Part shown: positions 44,730 through 61,585 of the stretch, piece after piece
Position numbering within the stretch: the stretch's first letter is position 1
How the letters are laid out: each line of letters starts with the position of its first letter
Assembly: GCF_022539665.2 (NCBI RefSeq)
Contig: NC_081331.1
Coordinates: 7,998,001-8,062,000, forward strand
Length of the DNA stretch: 64,000 nucleotides
DNA from: Daphnia carinata
Lineage: Eukaryota
Direction of reading: 5' to 3'
The notes under the pieces: generated by a model
What the model was told of the DNA's origin: nothing
What the model saw: only the letters and a program-made list of their open reading frames with translations
The model's database searches: none
Made by a program: the position numbers and the translations under genes

Positions 44730-45860
44730 CGAAAGTCTCGTTCACGCACACCATATCTACTGTAACTTCAAGCTTTCCTTATTTTATTCATTATTTTTTA
44801 ATATATTCTACCGATGACAACAAGGTTTTCTGAAACTTGACAATTGTGACGTAAAACTGCAGTAGATAATGCCATGTTAGATCATCACATACAATTAGAG
44901 AGAGAGTAAATGAGATCGAAACCTGGTGAGGAGAATCGCTAGCCACTAACTCAACTCCTGTTTCTTCATTCATTGGAAGGAATGCGTGAGCCACTTCGAT
45001 TGGTTTGGAGCTTCGGCTTGCCAATCCAACACTGCAATCTGGTAAAACAAGTCCACCTGTTTCATATAGGTGGTGTAGCTTTACCAAATGTTCGCCGTTG
45101 CTTTCGTCTAACTCATCTTTCAAAAGTTCTTTTAGTATGTCTGTTACAACAACGCAGGAATTCACGCCATCCAGTCGTTTCCTCTCGTGTAATGGACTGA
45201 GCCATAGCGTAGATGACAAGGCCAGCACCATTCGACCCTCCAGCTTTTTACTCATTAATTATTCACGAACAAAATCGATCGCGTAACGGCTCCAGTTTGA
45301 ATTTCCTTCCAATGGCTTGGCACCCACCAGAAAAACTTCGATGGCTCCCGGGGCCATTTTTTTCAGGTGTTCTGGAAGTTCAAACAAATCTTTGACAAAG
45401 CATTGTACGACACAACCTTGGTCAATACACACTACTGCAACCTCTGTAGGGATTCCCTGAAGAACGACATATTTTGTAATCGATCATAAATGAGAAATGA
45501 TTTATACTCATAGCCTGCTTACCTGTAACTTTCTCAAGTACCGATTCAATACGAACACGGTCAAATGTTGTTCCGTGGTCCGTCGGGCGTAAAGATTACC
45601 TACTTCTATTCTTTCCCCCTGCACCGGATTCTTTCACGCATTTTCTTCGCGAAATTGTTTTCGCAACTGTGACATAACTTCGAAATGAGATCCACTTTTA
45701 TCTTCCAACTGATTATTTTCATTGCGATGCTTCAAAATGCGGGCGTAATACTGGGTTGCAGTACGCACGGCTGTAATGCGAATGCGAACAACACCATTTC
45801 TTGGAACAACTGGTTGGTCAAGGCTTTCCAGAATAACATGTCGAAATGTGGATGACGCTT
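44730..45860 (-). pseudogene. Central fragment of a TDRD12-like Tudor gene, frameshifted
   Basis: RHVILESLDQPVVPRNGVVRIRITAVRTATQYYARIL; FDRVRIESV; VAVVCIDQG...DLFELPEHL; DSPHQ|FYV start of a second Tudor. Confidence 0.55.
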
Positions 45861-46185
45861 GTGAGGATGATAAGGCAGGTAAGTAAGAAAAATGAAGGCA
45901 TTTATTTTTCTACTTAAGGAAAGTGGAAAAATCTAATCTCCTCTTAACTTAAGGAAGGTGGAGGAGATACGAGCTGACCAGATACGTGGACGATGATGCG
46001 CGTTACCGTTTGATTGCGTTACTTTCGTTTCATTTAAAAATATTGGAAGCAGTGTTTAGATATAATACCACAGTGATTAAGTTGTTTATCAAGTACTTTT
46101 TTATCACTTTTCCGGAGTGATTATTCGAGGAGAGGCCAAAAATTTCCACAAGATGTGATATAAACGCTCTTTTGTTTTGAATCAG

Positions 46186-46557
46186 TGGCTGCCGGAATCT
46201 CACCCATCCTTCGCGAAATTGACGCCCCGTGCATTTCAAACGAGCAGTGTGCCCTGACGTACGGTGCCACGATTACGGAGGGCATCATTTGCCTGTCTGC
46301 TGCTGATGGAAAAGGATCTTGCAACGTAAATGTGTTGTCTTTTTGTGAATCGAATAACATTAAATTTCATATCTCATCACGAAACGCAGGGTGATTCGGG
46401 TGGCCCTTTGAGCTTCATCAACGAGGGCGTAAACAATCAGGTCGGCATCGTCAGCTTTGGTCCCGCGGCCGGATGCGAAATTGGTCTGCCCGCCGCATTT
46501 TCTCGCGTTTCTTTTTATGCCAAATGGATCTCATCCATAACGGGCTTGATCATCTAA
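46186..46557 (+). pseudogene. 3' two exons of a chymotrypsin/brachyurin-like serine protease; 5' exons not seen
   Basis: GSCN|GDSGGPL catalytic Ser motif, [16 protein letters not shown]. Exons 46186-46325 and 46390-46557. Confidence 0.75.
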
Positions 46558-47118
46558 ATACTTCTAAAATTTGCCACGTTTTCCAACTTCATTAGCCAAT
46601 GGTTTTCTCGTGCGTGAAATGAATGTGTTCTTTTTGTTGTTGTAGCTTTAATTGTTTAGTTTGAATGCTGATCGAATCATTTTTTGGGACAAATAACATT
46701 GTTTATTTAGTCAGCACGTACTGTCCATCAGTAATAAATTTAGATGAATGAAAAAAGATTAAAAATTTAATTGATACGAAATTCAATTAAGAGATTTTAT
46801 TTGAGCACACTACAATCAGGCAACTAAAACGTATTGGACTGTTAAAAACAACCGACTACAATGGAAGAGCTTTCTAGGAAACCTTTTAGGGAAAGAAGCC
46901 TCTGTGAATATTCAAATCACCGAAATACAACCGTGTTGGGTGATGTTACATCACAACCTTTTGATAGCCTCTGCACCTGTTTACCATTTCCGATGGCAGC
47001 TTTTCCTCTGATATTTTCCAGACGACGAATAGTCGGACTGGACGTCTCACAACGATTTGGACAACAACACAACCTTGGCCAGTGAGGGAAGGGATACGAA
47101 TTTTACGTTTCAAAACTA

Positions 47119-49846
<2,728 letters not shown>

Positions 49847-51514
49847 TTTCACTTTAACCGTAAGATCACTGTTTAAGGTAAATACGCAAATTATTGAGTG
49901 TTTGCTACAGTCAAGATATCTCTATGCAATGCTTGCAGAAAATTCTAGGATGTCTGCCTTTCAGTTGTAGCGCTCAAGCATAACTGGCAGGAAACTTTTA
50001 CACTTGTTTTAGTTTCAGATGAGATATTTAGGAATTTAATGCATAGAAAGGAAGTAGCCAGATGGGTATTGAATTACAGGATGGGCCTTCTAGTGAAGCT
50101 ACTACCCAAGCTTGTTGTGAAATCACTGGAAGTATCATGTTCTAATAAGAAAAGTGAAATGTGTTAAGAATATATCAGGCAGTGTGGATGTTATCATGAA
50201 ATTGATCTAAAGAAAATGAAATATTTTCGGTTTAAAAAGAATAAGCTACGTCATTTCTCAACGGCTACAAGGCCACCGACATTGCATTCCACTGGGGCAT
50301 GTAACGCCAAGAGAAACAATTGTCACAATGTACTGTTTGAAATTGTTTCTATAACGCCACACGTGGGAAAAGCGATACCAGGATAAAAATGTCTGTAAAC
50401 GAAACTTATCTAAAACCAATATTATGTGTTCTTACTTATTGTACTTGCAAAACCTTGAAAATATCTCGTGAGATCAACTGCGGGTCCCTATGTGTTTACG
50501 GTTGCCGTTGAAGCACGGTAGGTAAACACGATTGGTTTGCGTCGTCTGCTGACAAAGTAAATCACATGATGAACTCCCGAAGGAAGCCTCGACGAACTCG
50601 GAACTAGTCGCATTTTATTGATTCACAAGAAAAGTTTTAAATATTTTTATCGCATTTTTCTGGAATTAAGCTATTTCTAGCATAATGAAAACTTACATAA
50701 TGTTTTTAGAACTTTTAAGCGTGGACCTTATCGTCGGCCAAGAGACCAACATTCATCTAATCTGTTGTAAATGAAATTGTTCAGCTGACATCCTTCCATT
50801 GCTATCTACCGCCCGGGTTGAAAATGCAAAAAAAAAAAATAATAATTTCCATTTGAATACTTCGTTTTATTATTCAAATTGCGAGCGCCACGCATGTTGT
50901 CGTCTGCAATCGTAATTTTGTTGTGTTTAAGCACCCTCCCCACCACACCCCACCACCACCAAAAAGGATGCCAAATTAGCCCCTAACAAAATAGAAAGTC
51001 TTAAGAATACTTAACATTCTAAATTCTTCTAAAGAAACTATATTTATAAACTTTCCAAGAAAAAGCCTAAAAGAGGTAATTAAATAAGTGAAAACACTTT
51101 GACTTTTCAAAACTAAGACTCCTTTGTTTGGCAACGCCACTGTTCACATGCACGCGGTAACTTTCTTCGTCGGGTCGGAAGTGTTTCTTGGCTGATAATA
51201 GGAAAGCTTTTTCATAGTGTTATTAAAAGTTCCGTAAACGTAATTAATACGTAACAGTTATAGTTACAGTTCAAAGTTCGGATGTTAAAAGAATGTGCTA
51301 GACCTTATTTTCATTATAATTGGTGTATAAGTCGCCCTCTAGAGCTGGGAAAATGTTAAAATAACAGTTCATGTCTTATGAAATGGACACCCAAAAGTAA
51401 AACTGGTAAGAGCTATGCATTCTAAAGTTAGCATGGGTTATTCATATTTAAACGATGTTTCTGTCTCAAAGTGTATTCAAATATTTTCGTTAGGGGGCAT
51501 TTACTGGAATAAAC

Positions 51515-54500
51515 ATGGTTATTTCTGGGGAGGAAACTGTGGAGTCATCTTCAGCAATGCATACAGAAAAAATTTATCTGTTTAATGAAAATGTACTTGA
51601 AAATGGTGACAGCCTTAACTACAGGAGTCTTTTAACTGATGCTGTAAAAATGGAGAATCAAGGAAAGTTTCTTGAATTTGCATGGGGTATGGAAATGCAA
51701 GTTGAAGAAGTACCTATAAAGCCATTGAGAGTAGTGGAAGTTGATCTTAACATGCAAGTACCAGTATCACTACAAGTAGATGTAATTTATATTTGGTCGA
51801 CTTACATGTTCATTATTTTTCTAATTTGTTATGTATTATCAAACATTCCAGAATGTCGAACTGCTTAAAGAAATTTCCAAGAAAGCATATGGTGAGGAAG
51901 AAAACAGATTGTCATTTGGGTCCATCTTAGGACAGGGATGGGAACTTGGAGCTTCAAAAATATATGGTCCCAATCATGAGGATGTTGAATTATCATCCAT
52001 GATCACCAGTCATCTCCAGCTTCCCAGTGAGATGAATATAGCAGCAAAGTTCAAGAAATTAGTGTTGTACGCAGGACATCATTGCTTCCTTAATAACCTG
52101 GGCTCCTGTTGGGTCGATGGAAAATTTGGTACTCTACTCCTTCAATTACCTGTGGAAGGAGGACATGAAGGTGGACATTTAAATATTGAATATCAAGGAA
52201 GGAAGAAAAAGTTTGAGAGCCATACGAATAGCGATAGAACTTTCTATCTGTCTTCATTTTACAATTGCTGTGAACATTTTATCGAACCCGTTTTACAAGG
52301 ACACAAATTGATGCTCGTATTCGATCTCATTTGGACAAATGCCAAAATAGAGATCCCACGTAACTTTCCTGTTTTTCTTACAGCGCTCAAACAAATCAAG
52401 AAAGCGATCAAATCATGGCGTCACCATCATCTGTTAAATTCAAAGAAAAAGGATAAAACGCAACGTGTCATGCATTCAGGTTGCTCGCCATCCGATTCTG
52501 GAACGGAGTTATCTCCTACGATTGCAGCAGAAGACATCTGCATAAAATATTACAGTCTGGACAGCGACGCGGATTTTCTCTATTCTGAGGAAATATTGAA
52601 AGAAAATATCTTGTTCCTGGTTTTAAACAAAAAATAGGACAAGAAACTCCTTTCATTTGAACTATTGCGGAGACGTGATCGAATTTTCGCGGAAGCATTG
52701 TTGCAGTGCAGTTCCTTAGATGTGCATCTCGCTTTAGCAAAACGAAAAATCCCACATGTAAGAAGAGAAGATTCAGTTGGTGTTGAACAATTTGAAACAG
52801 TTACAATCCCTGAAAAGGTCAAAGTACTTGAAGTCTCACATTGCATTGATTCTAATAATGTGGCAAGAAACTTGAGCATCGAATTGAATTGGGACGAACA
52901 ATATGTTGGAACCATTCAGCAAGACCAAGAGAAGTTGGCCAACAACAAAGATGGTGGACGACAAGCCGAAACTGATCAAACAAGTTCATATTACGGCGTG
53001 TTGATTTTCTGGCCCAAACTTCTTTCTGTTCAGATATATTGTCGTTTTGGTCTCCATTCACTTATCCTGCAAATGTGTAAATCTCTACCATCTTTACCCA
53101 AATGGAAAGAAGACACCTTAAGCAGTGCTAAAAGTGATTTGCGACAGTTAATATCATTTTGTGGTACTGAACCTGAGAAAGCATGGATCAAATCGGGGAT
53201 GCCGAAAGGGGAATTGACACTACGATTGCTCCGATTTTGTATTGCATTGCGAGCCCGTGAAGAGGGTCTTGACTTGTTGAGGATTCTCGGTTCAAATTTC
53301 AACGTGGAGCTTAATAGTGGAGTCGCATACAATGAGTGTAACTTCGAAGGAATTCAAAACGAAGAAGTGGCTTATGCCATAGCAAAATTTGAGTGTCAAG
53401 TAGCCGGTTAGTATTAAGTTCATACAATATGAGATTTGTTTATTGATATTTTGACGATTTCTTTTAGGTTGGAATGTTATCGCTGATCTGGTTAAGAAAT
53501 TGGTTACGCCCGACCGCATCGCCAAGCAGTTGATTCCAATTTGCAAATTGCCAAAATTCTTCTTGGAGGTCAATTGCATTGAAGGGACCAGAGTAATAGG
53601 AAACTGCATTTCCTTTTCTTTCGACAAAACCCAAGTTTCGAAATCAAAACTGTGTGATGTGCAAGCTTATGTTGACATGATAGTGGCGTTGGAGACAAAT
53701 CGTGGCACCGCTGACCGGGAGAGAATACCATCATTTATTCTCTTCTTTTCTAAGATCAAACCTTTTCTGCAATGTCGTTTAATACTGGATTTTGCTGCCC
53801 AGAAGAATCATTTTCTAGGAAGCCTACATTCATGGCAATTTGTATTTCAAGATTTGTGCGAAATTTTATCAGTTTCGTGTAAGATTCAGCCGCCACCTAC
53901 CAAGACGCTTGCTTCGAATTTCATGAAAGCAATTGAAGCCTGGTTATTGGAGTTGTCCCAAGAAATAGAGCTGCGTCCTGAGTTACAAGAGCTCTGTGAA
54001 CCACACGTTGAGCTAGAATGTGAACTAAAAAAAGAGTCAATTACATCCCATATAATTGATCCACATGCAATTGCAGTAAGTAGCTTAATTTGTTTTGATT
54101 TTCTCGTGTTTTGCTTCCTCGCCTAACCGACTTTCGATCGAATTCTACGTAAGAAAAAGCTGGGACCTAAAAGGTCCCAATATTTTGTATTACATTTATC
54201 AAATTTAATGTAGACTAATTTCCACAGTCAAATTTATTGAAAATTTACATTTTTCTTTCTCAAGGCCAGTGTAACCGTCACAGAAGAACCTGAAAAATTG
54301 GCAAGTGTTGAGAAGAGTGATAATCAAGCTAACTTAGAACTGTGGGATGCTTCTACTACATCAAATTCTCAAGGTATTTATATTTAACATTTTAAAAAAT
54401 ATTCTAAACAGAAATATACATGTACATTTCGTTCCCAAGAAGATATATTAAAAGCGTCACCTGAATTGGACGCGCCTACTGACGATTGGTCGACTGCTAC

Positions 54501-57500
54501 GAAGGAATCAAATTCTGCGTGCAATTTGACGCTATCACCGGGTATTGACGGGGATGATTGGAATGCTGCATCAGATACGTGGGCATCAACAAATGAAAGC
54601 CAATCTGCATCATCAAAGAAAACAGTTGAAAAAGTTCCAATTGACGATGGCTGGAGTGAAGAGGCCGATTCGTGCAAAACTGACTCTTTCAAAGCTGATT
54701 CAACAGAAAAGGAAATAGCTCCACGTCCAAGTGAAACACAATTCGTTGATGAATGGGGAGCATGTGCTGACGCTTATGCGTCCAGTAGTAAAACAAAAAC
54801 ACACAACTTTAAAGCAGGAACCAACAGCGATAGTCAGTCTGGTTGGGATCTATCGGACAACGCATCTCCTACCAGTGCCAGATCCATCGCGTCAGATGAC
54901 TGGAACTCTTGGTCGTCGTGTTCGAATGCAGTCACCGAGAAAACAACGTACACTCCAAAATCTGGCTCAAGTGACACCTGGGAGACCTCAGAGGATCCTT
55001 GGAGAACAACCACGGGATGGTCTACTTCTAGAATAAGTCAATCCAATGCTTGGGGAAGCTCTGAAAATACTGGCAATTCCTGGACCTCTAGCGGCTATAC
55101 TGCTCGGCCAGGGGGAAGAGGCCGTGGTAGTAGAGGGCCGCCACGACCTTGCATTCAGGTAGTTTTATCCATTAATTTTTTTTTAAATGTTACATCCTTT
55201 ACTCACCCCCATATATGTTTGGCAATATTATCTTATAAAGTAACGAGGAAGGACACACGTCTTATAATTGCCCCACTAGAGGAAGAGGTAGAAGTAATGG
55301 CGGTACAAGAGGCCAGCGACCTTGTTATAAAGTAACTCCGTTCATGAAGTAGAGTTGTTCAGGAACTAATCATTAATATGTATCAATAGTGTAATCAAGA
55401 AGGCCATATGTCCTACGAGTGTCCAACCAGTTCGACGCGAGGAAGAGGTGCTGGTAGAGGCACATGCGTGTGTTATAAAGTGAGTTATCCAAAATCATTC
55501 CATTAATACCCATACCATCGACTTGCAAACCGTTAGCTCCGTCCACCAGATCAAATGCGGTCGCAACAACAGATGGGGAGGATTGGGACACAGAAGCTGA
55601 TGTTTGGTCTAGTAGAAATAGTTCTGCTTCAAACGTAAGAGCCACAATGGCAGCCAGTGAAGTGAACGACTGGAGTGCCACTCAGAGAACAACAATCAAA
55701 AGTGCCAATTCGTGTGATCCACGATTAGTTTCATCGATATCGTGTCCCTTTGTCTGGAACGGTACGATAAGGCATCGTTCCATGTTGTTCAGAATCAACA
55801 TGGAAAACTTAGACGTAAGTATAACACTGAATGTCCACCACTGCAAATTTTTGGTTTTCCTGTTTATTTTAGACGGATTCCTCGTCGGATCTCGCTAATC
55901 TAGCGATACCCACAGCATTGAGAGTCGTCGGTACTATCGAGCCTGAAAAAGTGTGGAATTACTTGAGGCAAGTAAGGACCACGAGATACGAAAAAATCGT
56001 AGTATTCCGATTTACGCAAGCAGTGAAAGCGGAAATTTCTTACGCGGATTGTTACGAATACTTTCTTGATGGCGTCCGCAAAAGAAACTGTTATGGTGTT
56101 GTTGGGTCTGTACCGGATTCCAAACTTCCATGCACTATCAAGGATTTCTACATCACTCCGTTACCCAAAGAAGATCATTTGCCAAAGGAGCTGGAAACTA
56201 TCGCTTCAGCAAGATGTAGTTTTATTTCACTCAGTTTTTCACATAATAGATGATTGAATAATGCTTATTTTTTATTCACAAAGGTTTGAGAGAAAATCGA
56301 TTTTCCGATTTATTACTGGCGATTGTTGTAATCCAAAGTAAGCGCCCGATGGACCAAACCTGTTATGGTACATCTGGTAGGCCTTCCAAAGTTGCCAAAG
56401 TGGAAAACAGTACCATTCCAGTTGACGATGGCCAAACAGAATCAGGTGCAGTTGAGAAGATCGATGCTATGCCTGAAAGCCAATCTGCTCCAGCTCAAGC
56501 ACCTAGTCAATTAACCGCCATTCGTCAAAAGCTACAGCAAGATATTCAGAGTGTTGACCCTGTCAAAGCTAGAATTCATACACACGCTCTTCAGCATTCT
56601 GCTGCCAAGATATCCTCGTCAAAGACACAACTTCTAGGTAAACCTCTTCCAGCTGTTCAAACTACAATTCCGTTGGTGACAGGTGAATCCAGCGATGCTA
56701 CATTGGAGGCCGAAAAGGAAGCAAGTCCCTGCAAAGTTCCGATCGACGAAGAAAAAGTCCAGATTCCAGGTTGTTTTCTATTCTAAAATTATCAAACCAC
56801 AAAAGATAATGGTTATTATTATTTTTATGAATTATTGCAGCAGCCCCTGTAGATGGGGAACTGCTAATGAAGCAAGCCATAATGGAAGAGTTGAATCGTC
56901 AAATAGATGCTTCAAAGCAGATCAAATTCACAGAAGTGTATTCAACGTTGCCATCTGAAACACTAAATTTCACTCCTGACGAACCTGTTAAACCCATTGC
57001 CGCAGAACTTGCCTTATCATCCGCTCCTGTTTTACCCGATGGACCGTTAACGCGTTTCAGATCGAAGAGACAAACTGTTGCAGAGAAGGTACCGACAATC
57101 AAGCAAACAAAGGTTACTGTTTCTTCAAATTCAGATCCTCCCAAAGAAATCGTAGATCTGAGAACGAAGATAGATATGCTAAAGGAACAACGAAGAGCAC
57201 GCATTTCTCGAAAGGAAATTGACATACCTAAGGAAGCCAAGAAACATCCTTGTTTAATCGAAAGCTGTAGGAATGATGCACAATCAGACAGTATCTACTG
57301 TAGTGATGAATGTATCCTTAGCCACGTGCAAGATTCGCGTAACGCAATGAGCAAGGAGAAGATGAATGACGCGCAATTACAGGAGCCATCTGATCCTAGT
57401 ACTTCGCTAACAACACCGAACGCATCGTCGGATGAATCCATGTTTAAAGATTCAATCGACTACACCCTTTTAAAGGCACAACCAACACCTGCGCTGGCCT

Positions 57501-60056
57501 CTAAATTGCTTGCCATGACGGAAATGAGGAAGTCTTTGGCGTCAGGAAATAAGCCAACCAATTTGGCTAAAGATACGTCCATCCCAATCATGGAAAAAAA
57601 GACTGGAAAGATCCTGTGTGGTGCGTCTGCACCGACAGTAGGAAATTTGGAACAGTGGCTGAAGAGCAATCCTACCTATGAAATTATCAAACCTGAATCA
57701 CTTCCAATTAAACCCTCGTTGCCGACTGTTTCTACGATTTCGTCGACGCAAACTGCTCGTTCTACGACACCACAAGCTAACACACATTCATCAACTTCAT
57801 CGTCAAAGGGCGAAGTGGATAGTCGCAACTCAAAGAAACCGAGCGATTCCTCGTCTTCATCCAAAGCGAAAGGTTCACGAAAAAGGTCTCTGGAAACGCC
57901 CAAAGCAGAAGAGACATCAGCAAAAGTAGCGAAACCTGACACTGAATCAACTAGGGTTATTACGAGGAGTTCCCTCAAGGAAGCTCTGTGGAACCGATGC
58001 AAAGATGTTAATGATCTGGAAATAGACGAAGCAGCCGTTGAAGAAATTGCGAACGAGGTGGAAGAATCGCTTTATACCCTGTTCAAGCAAGATGTTAGCA
58101 TAAAATACAAAAGCAAATATCGGAGTTTGATTTATAACATCAAAGATCCTAAAAATTCTGGATTGTTCCTCGAGATCGTTACAAAGCAGATAACGCCAGG
58201 TAATGGAAAGAGTTGCTATGCAAATGTATAATTGTGAATTTTCATAGAAGAATTCGAAAAAATTTTTGATAACCATATAGTTTTACTATTTTAATTGTAT
58301 ATTTGATGTTTATAGTTCAATTGGTGAAGATGTCAACCGAGGAATTGGCATCTAAGGATTTAGCCGAATGGCGGGAACAAGAAGCCAAACGCCAGCTGAA
58401 CTTAATCGAAAAAAATGAACAGGAACGCTTGTCTCAAGTCAACAAATACCTGATAAAAACCCACAAAGGAGAAGAATTTATCAAAGAAGTCAATGAAGAC
58501 TATGGTGAATTAGACGACGATACATCGAAAACGGCTGGTTTTCCTGATACACCCCCTGAAGACTCAAGTTTGAAGCATATATTGCCGAGATTTAAAAGTG
58601 ACCTGGATTCTAGCCAAACATTCGAAAAGAAAGACGCAAAGAGGACGACCAGTTCACGTTCAAGCATGAAGGACGATGGATTCAAGAGATCCAAGAGTAC
58701 AGTGAGGTCGTCTCGTCATTCCGAATCTAAGTCGAGAGGGTACGACTATCGCAGTAGCAGTCGTCAGTCAGAAAAGAAAGATCGCGAAAGACACGACAGA
58801 CATAGTTCTAGTAGCTCGAAATCAAGAAGTAAATATCGACACCACAGCCGAAAATCGAATAGGTATAAGGAACAAGCAAAATCTCCTAAATCCCATGCAA
58901 TCAGCCCATCTACCGAACTTGAGGCCGATGGTTTCAGAGGCTTCAATGAAGGGGAAGAACTTCGGAATTACAATCAGCTGCTCAGCCTTCACGAGGAAGT
59001 TGCTATTACAAGTTCGTAATTTAGCTTTAACCTTATGTACTTGTATCCTAATATGTTTGATTTCTCAAATAGCAGCGGACAGCAATACGTTATGGTTAGA
59101 AAGGAAGTTGATGAAACAACTTATCGTGCTGGAAGAACTTAATCGCCGTTCAGATGCTTCAGAACGAGAGGTTATCGATGAACATGTAACCTTCGAAGGG
59201 TCCCTCAAAAAGGGGGATTCAGTTACATCTAAAGGCGCCATACCATCGACGCCTACAACACAGCCTTCGATGAGTCCGGAACGATGCTGTAATATTTCCG
59301 TGGAAGGCATGTATCAAAATATTGATAAAGAAAAGGTGACTGCAGAGGTCAACCAAATAGATACTGATTCAGCGCAATATGATTTGAAAGAAAAGAGCGG
59401 TTTGGCTGGTTACGTCTTTGGCATGCACAACAAGTTCTTTAGATAACGGCGTTGCAAACGTGTCGTACAGTCCCGGCGAGCTACTAATCGTAGAAGACGA
59501 GGATTCTTTTTTAGGTAACTTTATTTTTCTGCGTGTTACTTTTTTCTTTCTTTTTTTATAAGTTTCATTTAAACGTCTTATTTTACAAAATCATAGATCT
59601 TGACGAGCAGTTTTTGAAACAGCAAGCGGTAGTTGAAGAGCTGAATTCTAACTTAACGTCGTTTATTGTGGCGAATAATATCGATATTCAATCTCATGAT
59701 GACAATTTGGATTCTTCATTTAGTGAACAGATGCCAGTTACACCCCCTGTAATGCCACCGTCTGATTTGAAAGATGAAGCGTGTAAACTTGGTGAGCCTA
59801 CCGGGTCAGCACAGGTGGCCTGCAATGACACTGTCAGCGATATCTGTATCATAAATACAGCAGACGATCAGTCCAACCAGACAACACATTCTTCACCCAT
59901 TCATCTGGATAACACCAAACCAGAGGTATATAAATAAATAAACTCCGCCATTTGATAGTGTTTAAAATGAGTATTCTGTTTCTGCAGGAAGGAGCCATTA
60001 TAGTTGAAAAACAAGAACATTTGACACTCTTGCCGCGCGAGAATGAAGCCGAATAA
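51515..60056 (+). pseudogene. Large multi-exon chimeric gene: 2OG-Fe(II) oxygenase-like + Trp-rich repeats + CCHC knuckles + SPOC + zinc finger + BRK + TFIIS-M (PPS/DIDO/PHF3-related), with lesions
   Basis: GKFGTLLLQLP..GHEGG...CEHFIEPV..GHKLMLVFDL (52040-52330); DDW/GW/WG repeats (54466-55140); CNQEGHMSYECP; GTIEPEKVWNYL...IKDFYITPL (SPOC, 55750-56340); CLIESC...YCSDEC; EKKTGKILCG..AP...LEQWL..NPTYE (BRK); KYKSKYRSLIYNIKDPKN...LVKMSTEELAS (TFIIS-M). In-frame TAG at 52635. Single-transcript status is not proven. Confidence 0.6.
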
Positions 60057-61585
60057 ATTCCACAAACAGCAGATTTAACAGCAGCAACACTTGGTGTGGC
60101 TAAAGACGAGCTTAGTTCTATCTTTATGTAAGCTAATTGTTATTTATTTTTTCTTACTTTATGTTTTTGTGAAATCGATGGTGTTTTTTTTTATACGTTA
60201 TTGTGTGTGGCAAAGCATACTTCAGCTGAGGGTTCTAATCCATCCCCAGCTCTTCTGTATGCCGTTTTATTTTTATCCAGTAATGAACAAAGAACAAAAA
60301 ATTTAAAAATTGATATATATGTGATCTTTACGTTGATACTTCTCGTACGTTCAACACTTTGTTTGTTATGTTCTTTTATTTCTGTTTGTCTTGAATGCTG
60401 GATAGGTTGGTAACGTGGATTAATTTAGACGGACTGAATGGAAGGGGAAAAAATTATTTTGCCCAGTTTACCTGTTTCAAGTGATCCAGCAAAATAAAAA
60501 TCAGTAATTTCGTAAATAATTTCCTTATTTGCAATTTTAGATTAAGAATCGTATGGCAACGCCGGATGGAGCTCTTTCCCATCCGTTGGTTTCAGTGGTA
60601 GAAAATGGCGGTTAAAGTATTCTCTCCTACAACTGCACTCTGAAGACGCCGTCAGCCCTAGCACCCAAGCAACGCTTAACGATAAATCGATTCTTTTCCG
60701 TGTAAGTTTTTAGTATTAAAGAAATTTTGGGGTAACCCGAACTTCATATCAATACTTGATTCCTCAAACGCATGGTTGTACGGAGGTCATCCTTTCTTCA
60801 CGTAGAGTCATGGCGGACTATAGTCATGATTAAATAGTCGACCAAGATTATAGAATCTTAAGGCGCAACATAAATGAGCCGAACCTAGTTTCCGAGTAGT
60901 TAGGCCTTTATGATCACAATCAGGTGCATTAAGCCCTTCGAAAACCGATCTCGAAAAGCCATGCACGTAAACTTCAGTGCTCGGACGGTTTCACTTCGTA
61001 GACTTTAAATCATGCTCTAAATAAAGAAAAAGACATTTGCATAATTCAATATTTCTACTTATCAACTTAAGGGCATGTGAAACAGTTATTAAGTTAATTC
61101 GTGGTTAGAAAGTTGCACAAATCTGTTAATTTGTATTGAATAAAAAATTTGGTTAATTGTACATAAAATTCTTTGGGCTGTTCCCTTCTGTAGGTAACAA
61201 TAGGACATTGTCCTGGTGGCAGTTTTTAGATGGATGCAAGAAAGAAGGGAAAACCTGTTTCGTCAGACATTTCATTCATAGATGTGAGACATTCTATTTA
61301 TTTATTTTTTATTTGCGTTAATGATCCTTGGTATTTCTTTGAATGCTTATCATTGTGCAGTTGGCTGTAGTGCAAATGGACAGCTTGAAAGTGTTACCTT
61401 ACATAGACAAAATTCCCTTAACGTAACAACTTTGAATTTAAAAAAAAAAGATCCTATACAATTGATTGATTATATTGATAGTTTTCTTTATCACTTAAGT
61501 AAAAATGCTGATGCCTGTACCATTCATCCATTAAAACTGCCTTTTTTCCTATTTCTCTCTGCATGAAATCTACTCCAAGCTTGGT

